A stretch of 64,000 nt of DNA from Takakia lepidozioides. Lineage: Eukaryota; Plantae; Bryophyta. This document shows positions 36,471 to 47,240 of this stretch, piece by piece. The translations under genes and the position numbers were made by a program. The stretch is from contig CM060731.1 of the NCBI GenBank assembly GCA_030704615.1, positions 59,396,001-59,460,000 on the forward strand, given 5' to 3'. Position 1 is the stretch's first letter, and each line of letters begins with the position of its first letter. Under the pieces are notes generated by a model. The model did no database searches and was not told the DNA's origin. It was given only the letters and a program-made list of their open reading frames with translations.

Positions 36471-37193
36471 AGAAATGGGGCACCACATTTCCATGTACGA
36501 CCGAAATTTTGGCAACTCTAAAAACCTCTTTTGGAAATGCGGCACCGCATTTCCAAAACAGGGGAGGGACTAAATTTTCCATTTCATTGTTGGCATAGTA
36601 AAAAGTAATCGGCCGATTGGAAATGCGGTGCCGCATTTCCAAAATTTCCTTTGTCCACACGCCAGTTTTGGCCTCTCCCGCTCATTTCATGGATGCCACC
36701 ACGCTTACAGAGGTCGAACAAGGAGGTCGAAATTGCGGAATTGGAAATGCGGTGCCGCATTTCCATATTGGGGATGGTCGTTGTTCGAACTGTAGGCCCA
36801 TCAGCAAAAATTGGCACCGCATTCCATTGTAAAAAAAAAGTCGATGACGGACATGGAAATGCGGCGCCGCATTTCCAGAACGGACATCGCAATTTGTCCA
36901 TTTGCAGACCCTCTCACGGAAATGCGGCAACGCATTCCATCGCGCTGGTCGGAAATGTCACACTTTTCGAAGTGTTGGACGGAAATGCGGCACCGCATTC
37001 CCTTGTCCAAAAAGAAGTTTCCATTGCCAAGCTGGAAATGCGTCGCCGCATTTGCAATGCCAACCTCGTTGTCTGTCCAATTTATAGACCCGTGTTGGTA
37101 TTTCGTGTACATGGACGGAAATGATGCACCGCATTCCAATGTCCGACATGGAAATGCGGTGCCGCATTTCAATGTCCGAGGTTCTTCATCGTG
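36471..37193. repeat. Array of ~11 palindromic GGAAATGCGGNNCCGCATTTCC motifs ending at a putative CAC-type TIR
   Basis: Copies at 36471, 36533, 36619, 36743, 36807 (partial), 36855, 36918, 36981, 37034, 37117 and 37150. The array ends ...TTCTTCATCGTG (reverse complement CACGATGAAGAA), after which Copia-like sequence resumes. Confidence 0.8.
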
Positions 37194-39195
37194 GGAACCT
37201 TGGAGTTAGGGTTTTGGCTAGTGATCAACCCACTGAGGGTTTTTGTCAACAAAATCTTGAAGAGAAGGTTTTGGCTAACAGAGGGTTTCAGCCAACAAAA
37301 CCTGCACTTGAAAAAAGAAACCATGAAGGCAAAATTACCATAAATGAAGCACGATCAGAGCTGAGGCACCGTGAGATGAGAAAGACTGCATCAATCCCAA
37401 GTTGGGATCAATGGATCAAGAGATATTAGAACCAGCTCCATCAAAGACCGAGGGAGAATCTGTTGTGCCAGTGGGAGCTGATATCGCATCTGGGAACCTA
37501 TTTGTAAAGGGAAGGATAGATGGTGATGAAGTAAGAACAAGACCAGTGAGGAATAGAAGGCCACCAAACCATTATGGAGAGTGGTGGGAAACAACTGGAA
37601 GAAAAGATTCACAAGCTTGGATAGTTGTGGCAGTAGACATGGGGACCATGGAAGAACCTGCATCGTTTCAGGAGGCAACCCAGTCAGCCCATTGGATCGG
37701 GGCCATGAACGAAGAATTTTCATCGCTCCAAAAGAACAAGACATGGGAGCTAATACACCTGCCCCAAGACAGAAAGGCCATAAAATGCAAATGGGCATAC
37801 AAAACAAAGGTGAAGGCTGATGGTACAATGGCACGCTATAAAGCACGTCTTGTAGCAAAAGGATGTTCACAGATTGCTGGAATTGACTACGATGAGACAT
37901 TCTCACCTGTTGTCAAGTTTGATTCCATTCGAGTCATCCTAGCTATAGCTGTAGCGGAGGACATGGAGATTCATTCAGTTTGATGTGAAGACTGTCTTCC
38001 TTAATGGAGATCTTCACGAGGAGATTTACATGGAGAAGAAGGTGATGTGGAGAAGGGACAAGAAAATATGGTTTGTATCCTCAAGAAAAGTCTTTACGGG
38101 CTGAAGCAGGCATCAAGGGTGTGGATTTCATGAGTTCTTGGTGAGATATGAGCTCCAACCTAGCTCTGCATACCCTTGTGTTTATTATAACTCAAGGGGA
38201 TCTAAGATCATCACAACCATTTTTGTAGATGATGGACTTGTATGCGGTGTTGACCGAGCAACAGTCAGCTTACATACTGTGAGGCAGATTGCTATGTTGG
38301 ACTTCAAATCACTCGGGACAGACCTCTATGCAGGATTTTTCTCAGTCAAACGACAACCATCGTGGAGCAGTTTGGCTTGCAAGATGCCTGCCCTGTGTCC
38401 GTTCATGCAGACCCTAATTCCCAGCTAAGACCTTTCTTGGATCTTATTGATGATATCCCGGATGAAGTGGAGAGCGTGTTGTATCAGAAGGCAGTTGGAA
38501 GTCTCATGTTTGCCATGATAGGCACTTGGCCTGACATTCGATAGGCCATGAGCATTGTGGCAAAATTTAGTGCCAAGCCAAAACGAGACTATTGGGAGGC
38601 TGTCAAGCGTGTGTTCAAGTATCTCAAAGGTACCATGCACTATGGTCTGTGCTTCAGTGGAAGTGATTCTTTAAATCAACTTCTCGGATTTTGTGACTCT
38701 AACTATGCAGGGGATCTCGATACTAGAAAATCCAGAAGTGGTTATGTTTTCATCCTAAATGGTGGGGCAATAGGGTGGACCAGCCAACGCAATGCACATC
38801 AACTTCCACGACTGAGGCTGAATATGTACATCATGCATTGCTACCAAGGAAGCGGTGTGGCTCCGCATGCTCTTACATGACACTGGTTTTGGGAGGGAAA
38901 GACAACGGCTCTGTGCAGCGATAATATGGGCTCCATAAGATTGGTACATAACCCGGAGTTTCATAAGCGCATCAAACATATCGATGTCCAGTATCACTAC
39001 ACTCGAGATAAGCAAGTAGAGAAGGTCATTGACATCAAGTATGTCAGCACGCATGAGCAAATGACAGATATTCTTACAAAGGCTCTAGTTGCTGAGAAGT
39101 TTAACAAGATCCGCAATGCATGTGGTATAATGGCATGTGGTTTTGGCTGATGAAACTGCTTGTGATTCTGTAAGGGTTGATTTGATAAGTGGGAG

Positions 39196-39492
39196 TGTAC
39201 AAATAATTCGTGATACAACAATCAGACATTTCACAACTCATACATTTGCAGCAAGATTACTGTAGCCTGGCCGTTAGACTAGTGAATTCCAGATACCAGT
39301 GACTAGTGACTTTATCTTTTCTTGGTAGATAGCATCTTGGTTTGTAAACTTGCTTTTATACGTGCCTAGTAGGATTCAGTGAGTCTAACATTTTGTTTTA
39401 ACATTGTAACAGCTTTGCTTTGTATTATGAGTAATTCCCTTACAGTTGCAGTAATATACATTATCTGATTGTACTCATCATAATTTTCAACA
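39196..39492 (+). repeat. Putative 3' LTR of the Copia
   Basis: Purine-rich GATAAGTGGGAG, then TGTACA...TTCAACA. No partner LTR in the window. Confidence 0.5.
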
Positions 39493-40752
39493 GATCGCAA
39501 CCTGATGAGAATACCTCGGATAGTGAATAACAGGCTCAAGGCTGGGCTATGGAGTTGAAGACGACTTATACTCTAGCTAGTGGTTTGTCCATCACTATGC
39601 ATGGAGAAACATAACGATTTGCTGTCACGGCAAGGGAACTGGTATGGCTTCCATGCTACTTGCGTTTAAGTCTTTTTCCTCATTGCACCACAAAAGCCTA
39701 TCTTGTTATGTCAAATTAGGATCTCGAGTCTGAAGCTATGCATACAGGGAGTTTTTAGGCAATACCACTATAGACAACTTTGCTTTTGTGTTGTATACAT
39801 CTTTGAACATTGTCACAACAAGTCTTAGGCAGCCTATGCTTGGATGTACAAGGGCAGCATTCATGCAATTGCGGCTGTAGCATAGTTGTGCCGACTTGGC
39901 ATAACAGGGCTTGAGTAGACATCGTGCCCTAAATTGGGCTGGGCTAATAAGTGGTGCGGGTGGACATGTGACTCTCTTCTAGTTTTGTTCTTAGTTTGGT
40001 GTAGAGCTACTTGGATGAGGCAAGGCATTGTGAGGGATCTAGAGATAGGGTACGGAGCATGTAGGAGCACATAGGTTGCGGCCATGTAGCAATTGAGAAG
40101 TTTTGAGTTAAAGATTCTAGGTGAAGTTAAAATGTGCCTCTTTGAAATTCTTTTAAAATAGAAAACCAAAAGCTTTTGCGACCACATTTGTTCGACAGAG
40201 AATGAATAGTAGAAGATGGCAGTCCTTATGGTTTCTGACATCTGTGATTAAGCTCATGCGCCATGAGTGAGCCTTATGGTTAGAAACATAGGCAAATCTT
40301 GCATATATATGGCTTATAGTACTGGCACATGACATGGGAAGGGCAGACATAGGTGGAGAGAAACATACCAGGCTCTTTGAGATTCTAGGTTTACTGCTAT
40401 GCGATGTGATCGCCATATGGGATAGGGTCTTATATAGTATGCATTAAAGACTGAAATGATAGGCACATTACACATAGAAAGTATAAGAGAAATTGCAGAA
40501 ATTAGGTCATGTCATGATTGAAATGCTCGAACCAATGTAGGTCTACGCAGTGGCATCATCGTAGGAAATTTGAGTGGTATCTTGTATGTTCAATGAGTAG
40601 TGTTGATCAAAGCAGGGTTGAGAACTTGAGATGAGGGTTTGAACCCTTTGTAAGTACTATGGGTGACTAGCCCACAGTGACAAACATGAATGTGATCACA
40701 AAGGTAAGGGTAGCTGTAGATTAAAGACCAGGGATAGAGTGTGGGTCCAGAC

Positions 40753-41443
40753 CAGTGTTTGACCGGTATCATGAACATTTCATATCAGCCAGGGTATGGT
40801 ATGTATATTGTTTTTGTTTGGCCTGGTATGGTATGGTATCAGTATTTCAAATTTCAAATCTTATACTGGGGGTATATCAATACTGGTATCAAAACAGTTA
40901 TTTTTTTTATTTTTATTTATTTTTAAACTGAAAAATAAAAATCTGTCCAAATTACACCGCCGAGGTTATCACTTCAGCGGCTTTCAACCGCAATTCATAA
41001 TAACAAGGAGCTGGATCTCATCTTAGGTAATTTGAGGTCACCTTACAAGAGCCATATTACAGGCTGATAAATGAGACAATGCTCCAAGCCTAAGCAGATT
41101 TTTGAATGGCAAAATCAGAGCCCCCAAAATCGCCATTTAGATAGTCTCAATCAAAGAGCCGCAACTCTCCATTACTGCACCCTAAATCCCTAACGCTCCA
41201 CATATTGATACCTAGGGTGCAAGCAATGGCGGAAGACAAGTACTGGTATCAATAAAGTTGCAATCCTTGCGACACCAGGTTGGTCTACTAGGAGCCCAGG
41301 TATAAGCGTTATACTATATTGCCCCCAATATGTTTTGCCCGGGGTATTGCCAGTTGCTTATACCCGCCTGGTCTGGTATCCTGCTACGATACCCTTACCC
41401 GTGCTGATATCCCGCCTCACCCCCATATACTGGTCCAACACTG
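40753..41443. mobile_element. hAT-type MITE no. 1
   Basis: TIRs CAGTGTTTGACCGGTAT / ATACTGGTCCAACACTG (15/17 match); 8-bp TSD GTCCAGAC at 40745-40752 and 41444-41451. Confidence 0.85.
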
Positions 41444-41451
41444 GTCCAGAC

Positions 41452-42380
41452 CAGTGTTGTGCGGGTCCGGGTTTTGAAGGCGGGTACCCGGCGGGTTACG
41501 ATCCAGGTTACCCGGATCCGCACCCGGACCCGTGCTATCACAAAAAACCCGGACCCTAACCCAGATTCATTTCTAAAATGAACCCGGAACCGGACCCGGA
41601 CCCGCCTGCTGGGTCCAGAACCCGTTAAACCCGCTACCCGTGGGCCAATATAGCGGGTCAGGTCCGGGTCTTAAATTTAATGGGGCATACGGGGTCCACC
41701 TTAGATCTGGTAGGTTTTGTCATATGTGTGGAGGGGACGAGCAACAACAGGCCGCAGCAGCCAGCCCCACCACGTTGTAGCCCAGTGGTAATGCCCACAT
41801 ACCACCTCAAAAGCGGTTGTGGGTTCAATCCCCGGAGTGGTGTCACAAAGTTGTGACCTCTGGGACCATAATTTACACCTCCCAAAGGAGACGTCATATA
41901 TTATTATTATGCCAGATCCCACACATCCATGCTATAGCTTGAGGCATATTACTATTCTTAACATGTTTAAAGAATTGATATTAAAAAATAGAAAATGGAA
42001 CTCAAACTTAATTTAATTCTTATTCATGTATACATATTCATATTCATGATATATTTTGAAGGAATGTCTCTTAAAATAAAATTCATTATTAGGATTTAAA
42101 GTTTTTTCCAGCCAAAAATAAATTTATCCCTAATTAATCTTGATTTTCTAATTTACTTAATCAATAAATTAGGACCCGGATCCGAACCCGTGAACCCGCT
42201 AATATTTCCCAACAACTACCCGGACCCTAACCCGAGTCCGTGTTGACAAACCCGGACCCGAACCCGGACCCGGATTTTCCAAATTTCAAAAACCCGGATC
42301 CAGACCCGGACTTGGCTCCGAAAAAAACCCGCACCTGGACCCGTCGGGTTCCTTAAAAAGGCAGAACCCGCACAACACTG
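41452..42380. mobile_element. hAT-type MITE no. 2 with (ACCCGG)n subterminal repeats
   Basis: Perfect 15-bp TIRs CAGTGTTGTGCGGGT / ACCCGCACAACACTG; TSD GTCCAGAC at 41444-41451 and 42381-42388. Confidence 0.9.
41772..41900 (+). mobile_element. tRNA-like SINE head inside MITE no. 2
   Basis: A box TAGCCCAGTGG and B box GGTTCAATCCC, but no intact cloverleaf. Confidence 0.5.
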
Positions 42381-42479
42381 GTCCAGACTCATCCAAGAGG
42401 GTTGGATTTCAAGCACAAGATTGTCGGCAAAGTGAGCTTTTTTCATGTAGGATGTGAGGGAGTCTAGAGGTTGACTGAA

Positions 42480-42995
42480 CTTTGGTACGATGTATATGTA
42501 TACCAAATGTGAGAGCATCTTGGATGCAAAGGCAATGTTTGACCATATGGCGTGCCAAACAAGTTGTAGTATACCGTGTCTTGGAGTGGTGTGATTGTAG
42601 GATATGCACAACATGGGTGTGGATGGAGGCTTTGGATACCAATGAGCAAATGACGTGGGAAGGGGTGAACACTGACCAGGTGATGTTCGTTTGTGTTTAT
42701 AATGCTTGTGTGAGCCTGGTAGCCCTGGAAATGGGTAAAGTAGTCCATGGTGACATTATCAAAGTTGGAATTCATGTACTTGAATGCGCGGGAAGGGATA
42801 AAGCCAAACCAGATCATATTTTTGGTGTTTGTGTGTGCAAGCTTGGCAGCCCTGGGATGGGCAAAGGTAATGTGGTCCATGGTGAAATAATCAAAGCTGG
42901 AACCGTACCAGATATCATTCTGAACAACATTACCCTCCTAGACATGTATACTAAATGCAGGAGCATCAAGGATGCAAGGGCGTGTTTGACAATGT
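42480..42995 (+). pseudogene. Degenerate PLS PPR fragment
   Basis: EALDTNEQM-WEGV--DQVMFVCVYNAC-SL-ALEMGKVVHGDI and LLDMYTKCRSIKDA, with frameshifts. Confidence 0.75.
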
Positions 42996-43426
42996 ATACT
43001 TGAGTGTTCAAGCGCCGGCAGATGGTTTTCAAAGCTTCCCCACGTGTGCTCATCCCCTCTCTAAACGGCATTAGCCCTTACGTTGTCGCTACACGGCAAG
43101 GTGCTGCCAGATGGTTCTCGAACCTTAGGCCTACACACATGTCTTTCTCCTATGGCTGCATCCATCCCTCCACTATACCCCAGGTCTCCCTCTCTATTGG
43201 TAATTTGGTTGTTCCCACCGGCTCTACGTCCATCAACCATCCTTAGTTGAATCTTGCTTACACTTTCCTTCCTATTTTTTTGCACCCTCGTTTCTCGCCC
43301 ATAGCCCCTTTTGCTCGTTCCATTCCCTCATTTTGTGATTCTTCAATCATCATCTAATCCTCAGAGCCCACACAAACTTGAGGGGCTTATTAACAATATT
43401 AAAAACAATATAAAATATAACGTAGG

Positions 43427-43773
43427 TGTCAAGTTAAATAAGCACAGTGTGAAAACAGCTAGAATAAAACTAGTTATTTGTATTTAACACTTGGATTTAG
43501 GTCAAGTGTTAAATCAGGTGTCAAGTTTAGTTTGACACCTGGTCTGTCTTATCTTCACGAGAGCGGCAGTCGCGCAGCTCATCTCTCTCGAGTTGAGCCT
43601 GCGCGACCGAGCTCCTTCATCGATTCAGATATGAGTGTGCTTATGATGGGAGTGTAGGTTGTTGTGGGGTGGAGTCCCCATAGCTTGGGGTGCCCCTGGC
43701 TCGACTTCTATTTCTAAGAGTGATGGTTTGGTTTTCATGCTTTGCATCGTGTGTGTCCTTAGCTTTCTTATCA
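43427..43773 (+). repeat. Left terminal repeat segment A (near-identical to 54896-55232)
   Basis: TGTCAAGTTAAATAAGCACAG...GCTTTCTTATCA; only a few small indels versus the right copy. Confidence 0.95.
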
Positions 43774-43791
43774 CTCGAGAGAGATGAGCTG
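43773..43791 (+). promoter_or_regulatory. Self-priming PBS complementary to LTR positions 43575-43593
   Basis: ACTCGAGAGAGATGAGCTG is the exact reverse complement of CAGCTCATCTCTCTCGAGT. No tRNA-type TGG PBS is present. Confidence 0.8.
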
Positions 43792-44786
43792 TCTAGTTTT
43801 CTAGTGCTAAGCTAGATATGATGTTTTCTGTTTTTAAGCACTATTATAATATAGCTTGGTCACAGGGAGCCTGCAGTCAGACTAGCTATGTGTGCCGAGT
43901 GGAGCAGTACAAGAAGGCGGAAACCATTTGAAGTGTTGCTGCAACAGTTCAAAGCCAACAATAATCAGCCTGGGAGACAAGGAGGCCTGCCGTGCTCAGT
44001 TTATGAGGGCACTCGTGCTGCAGCGCGAGAAAGACCATTGGTCGGAATCCCCCGTTTGGGCTGGCTGGGTTTGATTTATATTGGCGACTTGGAGGCGCTC
44101 CAGAGTTTCGTTGGCAGTGGGTGTTGAGCCGTTCAGGCTATTCGTGTGTGGCTTGAACCTCACCAGCCTGCCTAGCACCTGTGTGAGGGGGCTTGTTACA
44201 CCACTGCCTATATATACTGGGATTCTTGCAGGGCCTGGCTTGTACACGTTCATGATTTCAAACTCGTCCCGTGGTGGTGTAAGTGGATCTCTCAGCCTTT
44301 GCGAAGGTAGACTGCGCTGCATGGTTGGTCGCTGATACAAATTTGGCTTCAGACTGCTGCTTCTGTTGGGATTGAGGCTCCTGGACTCTAACCAGAGGAG
44401 CCTCAACGGGAAACGGATCAGGAAAGTGCAAAGGTAGTAGAGTCGTCGTTTTAACTTCCTGGGGTTGTGCATGTCCCTTGTGGAGACGCTGGCAGAATTG
44501 AAACTTAACACACAAGCTAGGTTCAAGCGGGTACGTGCCTGTGAGCAGTGCTGCGGGGCCCTTATGCCGAGTTATTCACGCTGGTGGTGTTCCTACTAGT
44601 AGGGAGTTATTCTAGCTAACTTCGAGCTATAATGCCTCAGTCCCGTCATGCTCATTATGTCTATCATAGTGCACCGTGGCCTTACGTTGTCACAGGAAGA
44701 CAAATCTAGCTGTGAACCCTGGACCTCGCAAAGTTCTCACACCCTACCAGGAGTGGAACAAAGAAAGTGCTCGAGAGATCCCCATT

Positions 44787-44965
44787 GAGAAATTGAAGGT
44801 TATCGGTTCCCTGGACAACTGGGCGCAAGAGAATTTGCTACCCCTTTGAAGCCCGTAGACAAGTGCTGGCAACCCCAGGACTTCCTTCCTGAAGCTTCAT
44901 CGGAAAGTTTCTTTGATGAGGTAACGGAGCTCCGAGCCCGGGCCAGGGAACTGCCTGATGACTAT
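44787..44965 (+). pseudogene. Captured stearoyl-ACP desaturase (FAB2/SSI2 family) fragment inside the Gypsy leader
   Basis: [59 protein letters not shown], with one frameshift. Confidence 0.85.
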
Positions 44966-46175
44966 GTGATGTGGCGTTACAGAGAGGCCAGATACTGGGC
45001 CCACTTTGGTACCCTTGGGTAATTGATAAGGTGATAGGAGCTGACCTTCTCGCCCATCAGGTCTTGTAGCAGGGAAGAAGGGCTGAAGGAACTCGTCATG
45101 CTCTAATTGGCCAATGCTCCAAGTGTGTGGAAATCAGTGTTGCAGATCACACAGATTACTCAACTGCACGATTTTGGAGGAACAAATGACCTACAGATAC
45201 GGCACACAAAAGGTCACATCAACAGATCAAGGCTGAGAGTGGATTAAGTGTGAGTTTCGGAGATATATGAGTGATTCAGGAGGAAACAAGAGCAGTCGGC
45301 CCCATACTGGTCACAGAGCAACGGACGGATTGATGCGTGATCAATCATTGAAGTCAAGCATCAAAGTAATCAGCGGAAGAAAGGGTGGAGAGTGTAACAG
45401 AGACCTCAAGACATGGTCTGGCAGTCGAGTTTGAAGTGCAGGCTGCCGTAATCTCCCTCCATGCGAGCTGGAACTTACGGGAAACGATCTGAGAGTTAGC
45501 AAGTATGATGACGGACACCTGAACAAATGCAGCTGAATGACGAAGCGGCAATGCGGTCCATCATGGAGGAGAAGCCGATCGGAGCTCAACAAATCGAGCT
45601 GCTCCGTGGTAATTGGCGAGGCGACCCCAAAACAACAGAGAACTACATGAACATGTTCGGAACTGTGTAGATACCTGGGAACGGTTCTTAATGCGGGAAC
45701 GTTTTGGTGTTAAAAAAAAAAAAAAAAACTTGATCTAATTAAATGATAAAGAGTCTGGTTGGTCATACTTTGTCCAATGAGCTCCGTTGACTCAGTTTTT
45801 GAGGGATAGCTGCAGAAAGGGGAAATCTACCTATCTAGACCTGGTTTCTGTTTTTGGGACTCTGCTAAAAATCTATGGAATTTTAGAGTGTGAGTGTGCC
45901 ATGAAAGATCCACAATCCTGTTTCTAGAACCTGTGCTGGTCTATATGAGAGACAAATCTGGGATGTACTCCTTGTATGGCTGGGGGAAATGAGGACGTAA
46001 TTGAAGGGCAGGTCTTCTCTTAGCCTGTGCACCAAAGGGGACAAGATTTATGTTTCCCAAGGAAACTCAGACTGATTTGAGTGGAGAACAGTTGGACGAG
46101 TTGATTGATTGGGGAGTCAGGCATTAGCAGTAGACAACAGACTGCTTAGTTGGCATTGAGGGCCTCAATATCGCC

Positions 46176-46724
46176 TTGGACAGTCAGAACTCTGTTGGAG
46201 CCAGCAGTTCTGCAGCTGTAGGTGAAATACCAAAGTGGGTGAAAGCTAGGCTTGGAACACAGCCAAAGACAGCCCCGGGGACCAAGGTGTTCAGCCACAA
46301 GGCCGTGGTGTACTGGAGCAGAGGAGCAGGAGCTACACAAGTTTGTGCAATCAGACACGGTTGCAGCCGGATACGCTCTGCACAGGGCAACCACGAGCGG
46401 GGGTTCATCAGCAATGACATGTTTGTTGTGCGTGAAGGAGATGCAGTCATTCGCAATGAGGACACCCGCAACCGTCTCAAAGCTTTCGAGTTGAGAGACT
46501 ATCAGACCCTACCTTTGTTTTCTTTAGTGTTCAGTGAGCGGGAGATAGGGGAGTATTGCTTTGTCTCTACCTGGCAGAAAGAGGAGGAGGAGGGTTGGTT
46601 AGAGCGAGCTACTGTAGCTTGGGACAAGGTTAGTGGCAGGTTTCTGGACATAGATATACCTCCTACACCTTACCATCAAGCAGAGCGAGGCACTTTGAGA
46701 GAAGTCTGGAAGTTGATAGCATAG
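46176..46724 (+). CDS. Extra ORF of unknown function upstream of gag
   Basis: 182-codon open frame with protein-like composition; the frame extends upstream through stop codons. No motif recognised. Confidence 0.4.
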   Translation: MDSQNSVGASSSAAVGEIPKWVKARLGTQPKTAPGTKVFSHKAVVYWSRGAGATQVCAIRHGCSRIRSAQGNHERGFISNDMFVVREGDAVIRNEDTRNRLKAFELRDYQTLPLFSLVFSEREIGEYCFVSTWQKEEEEGWLERATVAWDKVSGRFLDIDIPPTPYHQAERGTLREVWKLIA

Positions 46725-47240
46725 ATCAGGATTAGATCTTGCTTGGGCGGGCTTCTATTCTTCCCCTCCATCTCTGTACTATTTTCATTACCTTGTACTT
46801 GTAGTTGCCAAAGCCTCTCTTGGTGGAGGCCAGTCAGTCCGGGGTTTTGGGCTGGGATATTCTGCAGGATCAGCATTGCAGCTGGATTTTGGTGTGGGGG
46901 TGTTGATTTTGATTTCTTGTGTTTGGATCCCCCCAACACCTGCATGCTTGACTGTGCGCCATGTTGGTTTTGTGTGGGCGCTTGCTTTCATAGGGATTAG
47001 GCCGGATTTGATCACCGGTCAATCCTAGAGTATGCTGTCGGTGGTGAGGCTGGAGTGATGACCAGCAAGACCACCAGTGTTTCTTCTATGGTGAGGCTGG
47101 GTTGATGACCAGCCAACCATAGGAGTTCTTGCGGTGGATGCAGGTGCAGGTGCCCTGAGCCATTGGGATATGACCCTTAAACTGCAACAGGTGCCCACCC
47201 GTGTCACTATTAGATTAGTACTAGAGCCTTATAGTGTCAC

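Larger units (their letters stand above)
32860..39492 (+). mobile_element. Decayed Ty1/Copia LTR retrotransposon (5' LTR missing), interrupted at ~34337-37193
   Basis: Zinc knuckle CNKCGEMGHWAREC, protease WYADGGASEHM, GAG-pre-integrase LWHEGLGH, integrase HTDVCGPM, RT CKWAYKTK...YKARLVAKG, RNaseH D...HIDVQYHY. Several stops and frameshifts. Confidence 0.9.

Noticed and set aside
36471-37170. CRISPR array (palindromic repeats with unique spacers)
   Set aside because: Spacer lengths are irregular (about 10-100 bp), there are no cas genes, the context is a eukaryotic TE, and the array abuts a TIR-like end. Subterminal repeats explain it better.
36342-37209. The many overlapping short ORFs (MRCRIS/GNAAPHF repeats)
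   Set aside because: Translation artefacts of the palindromic DNA repeat.
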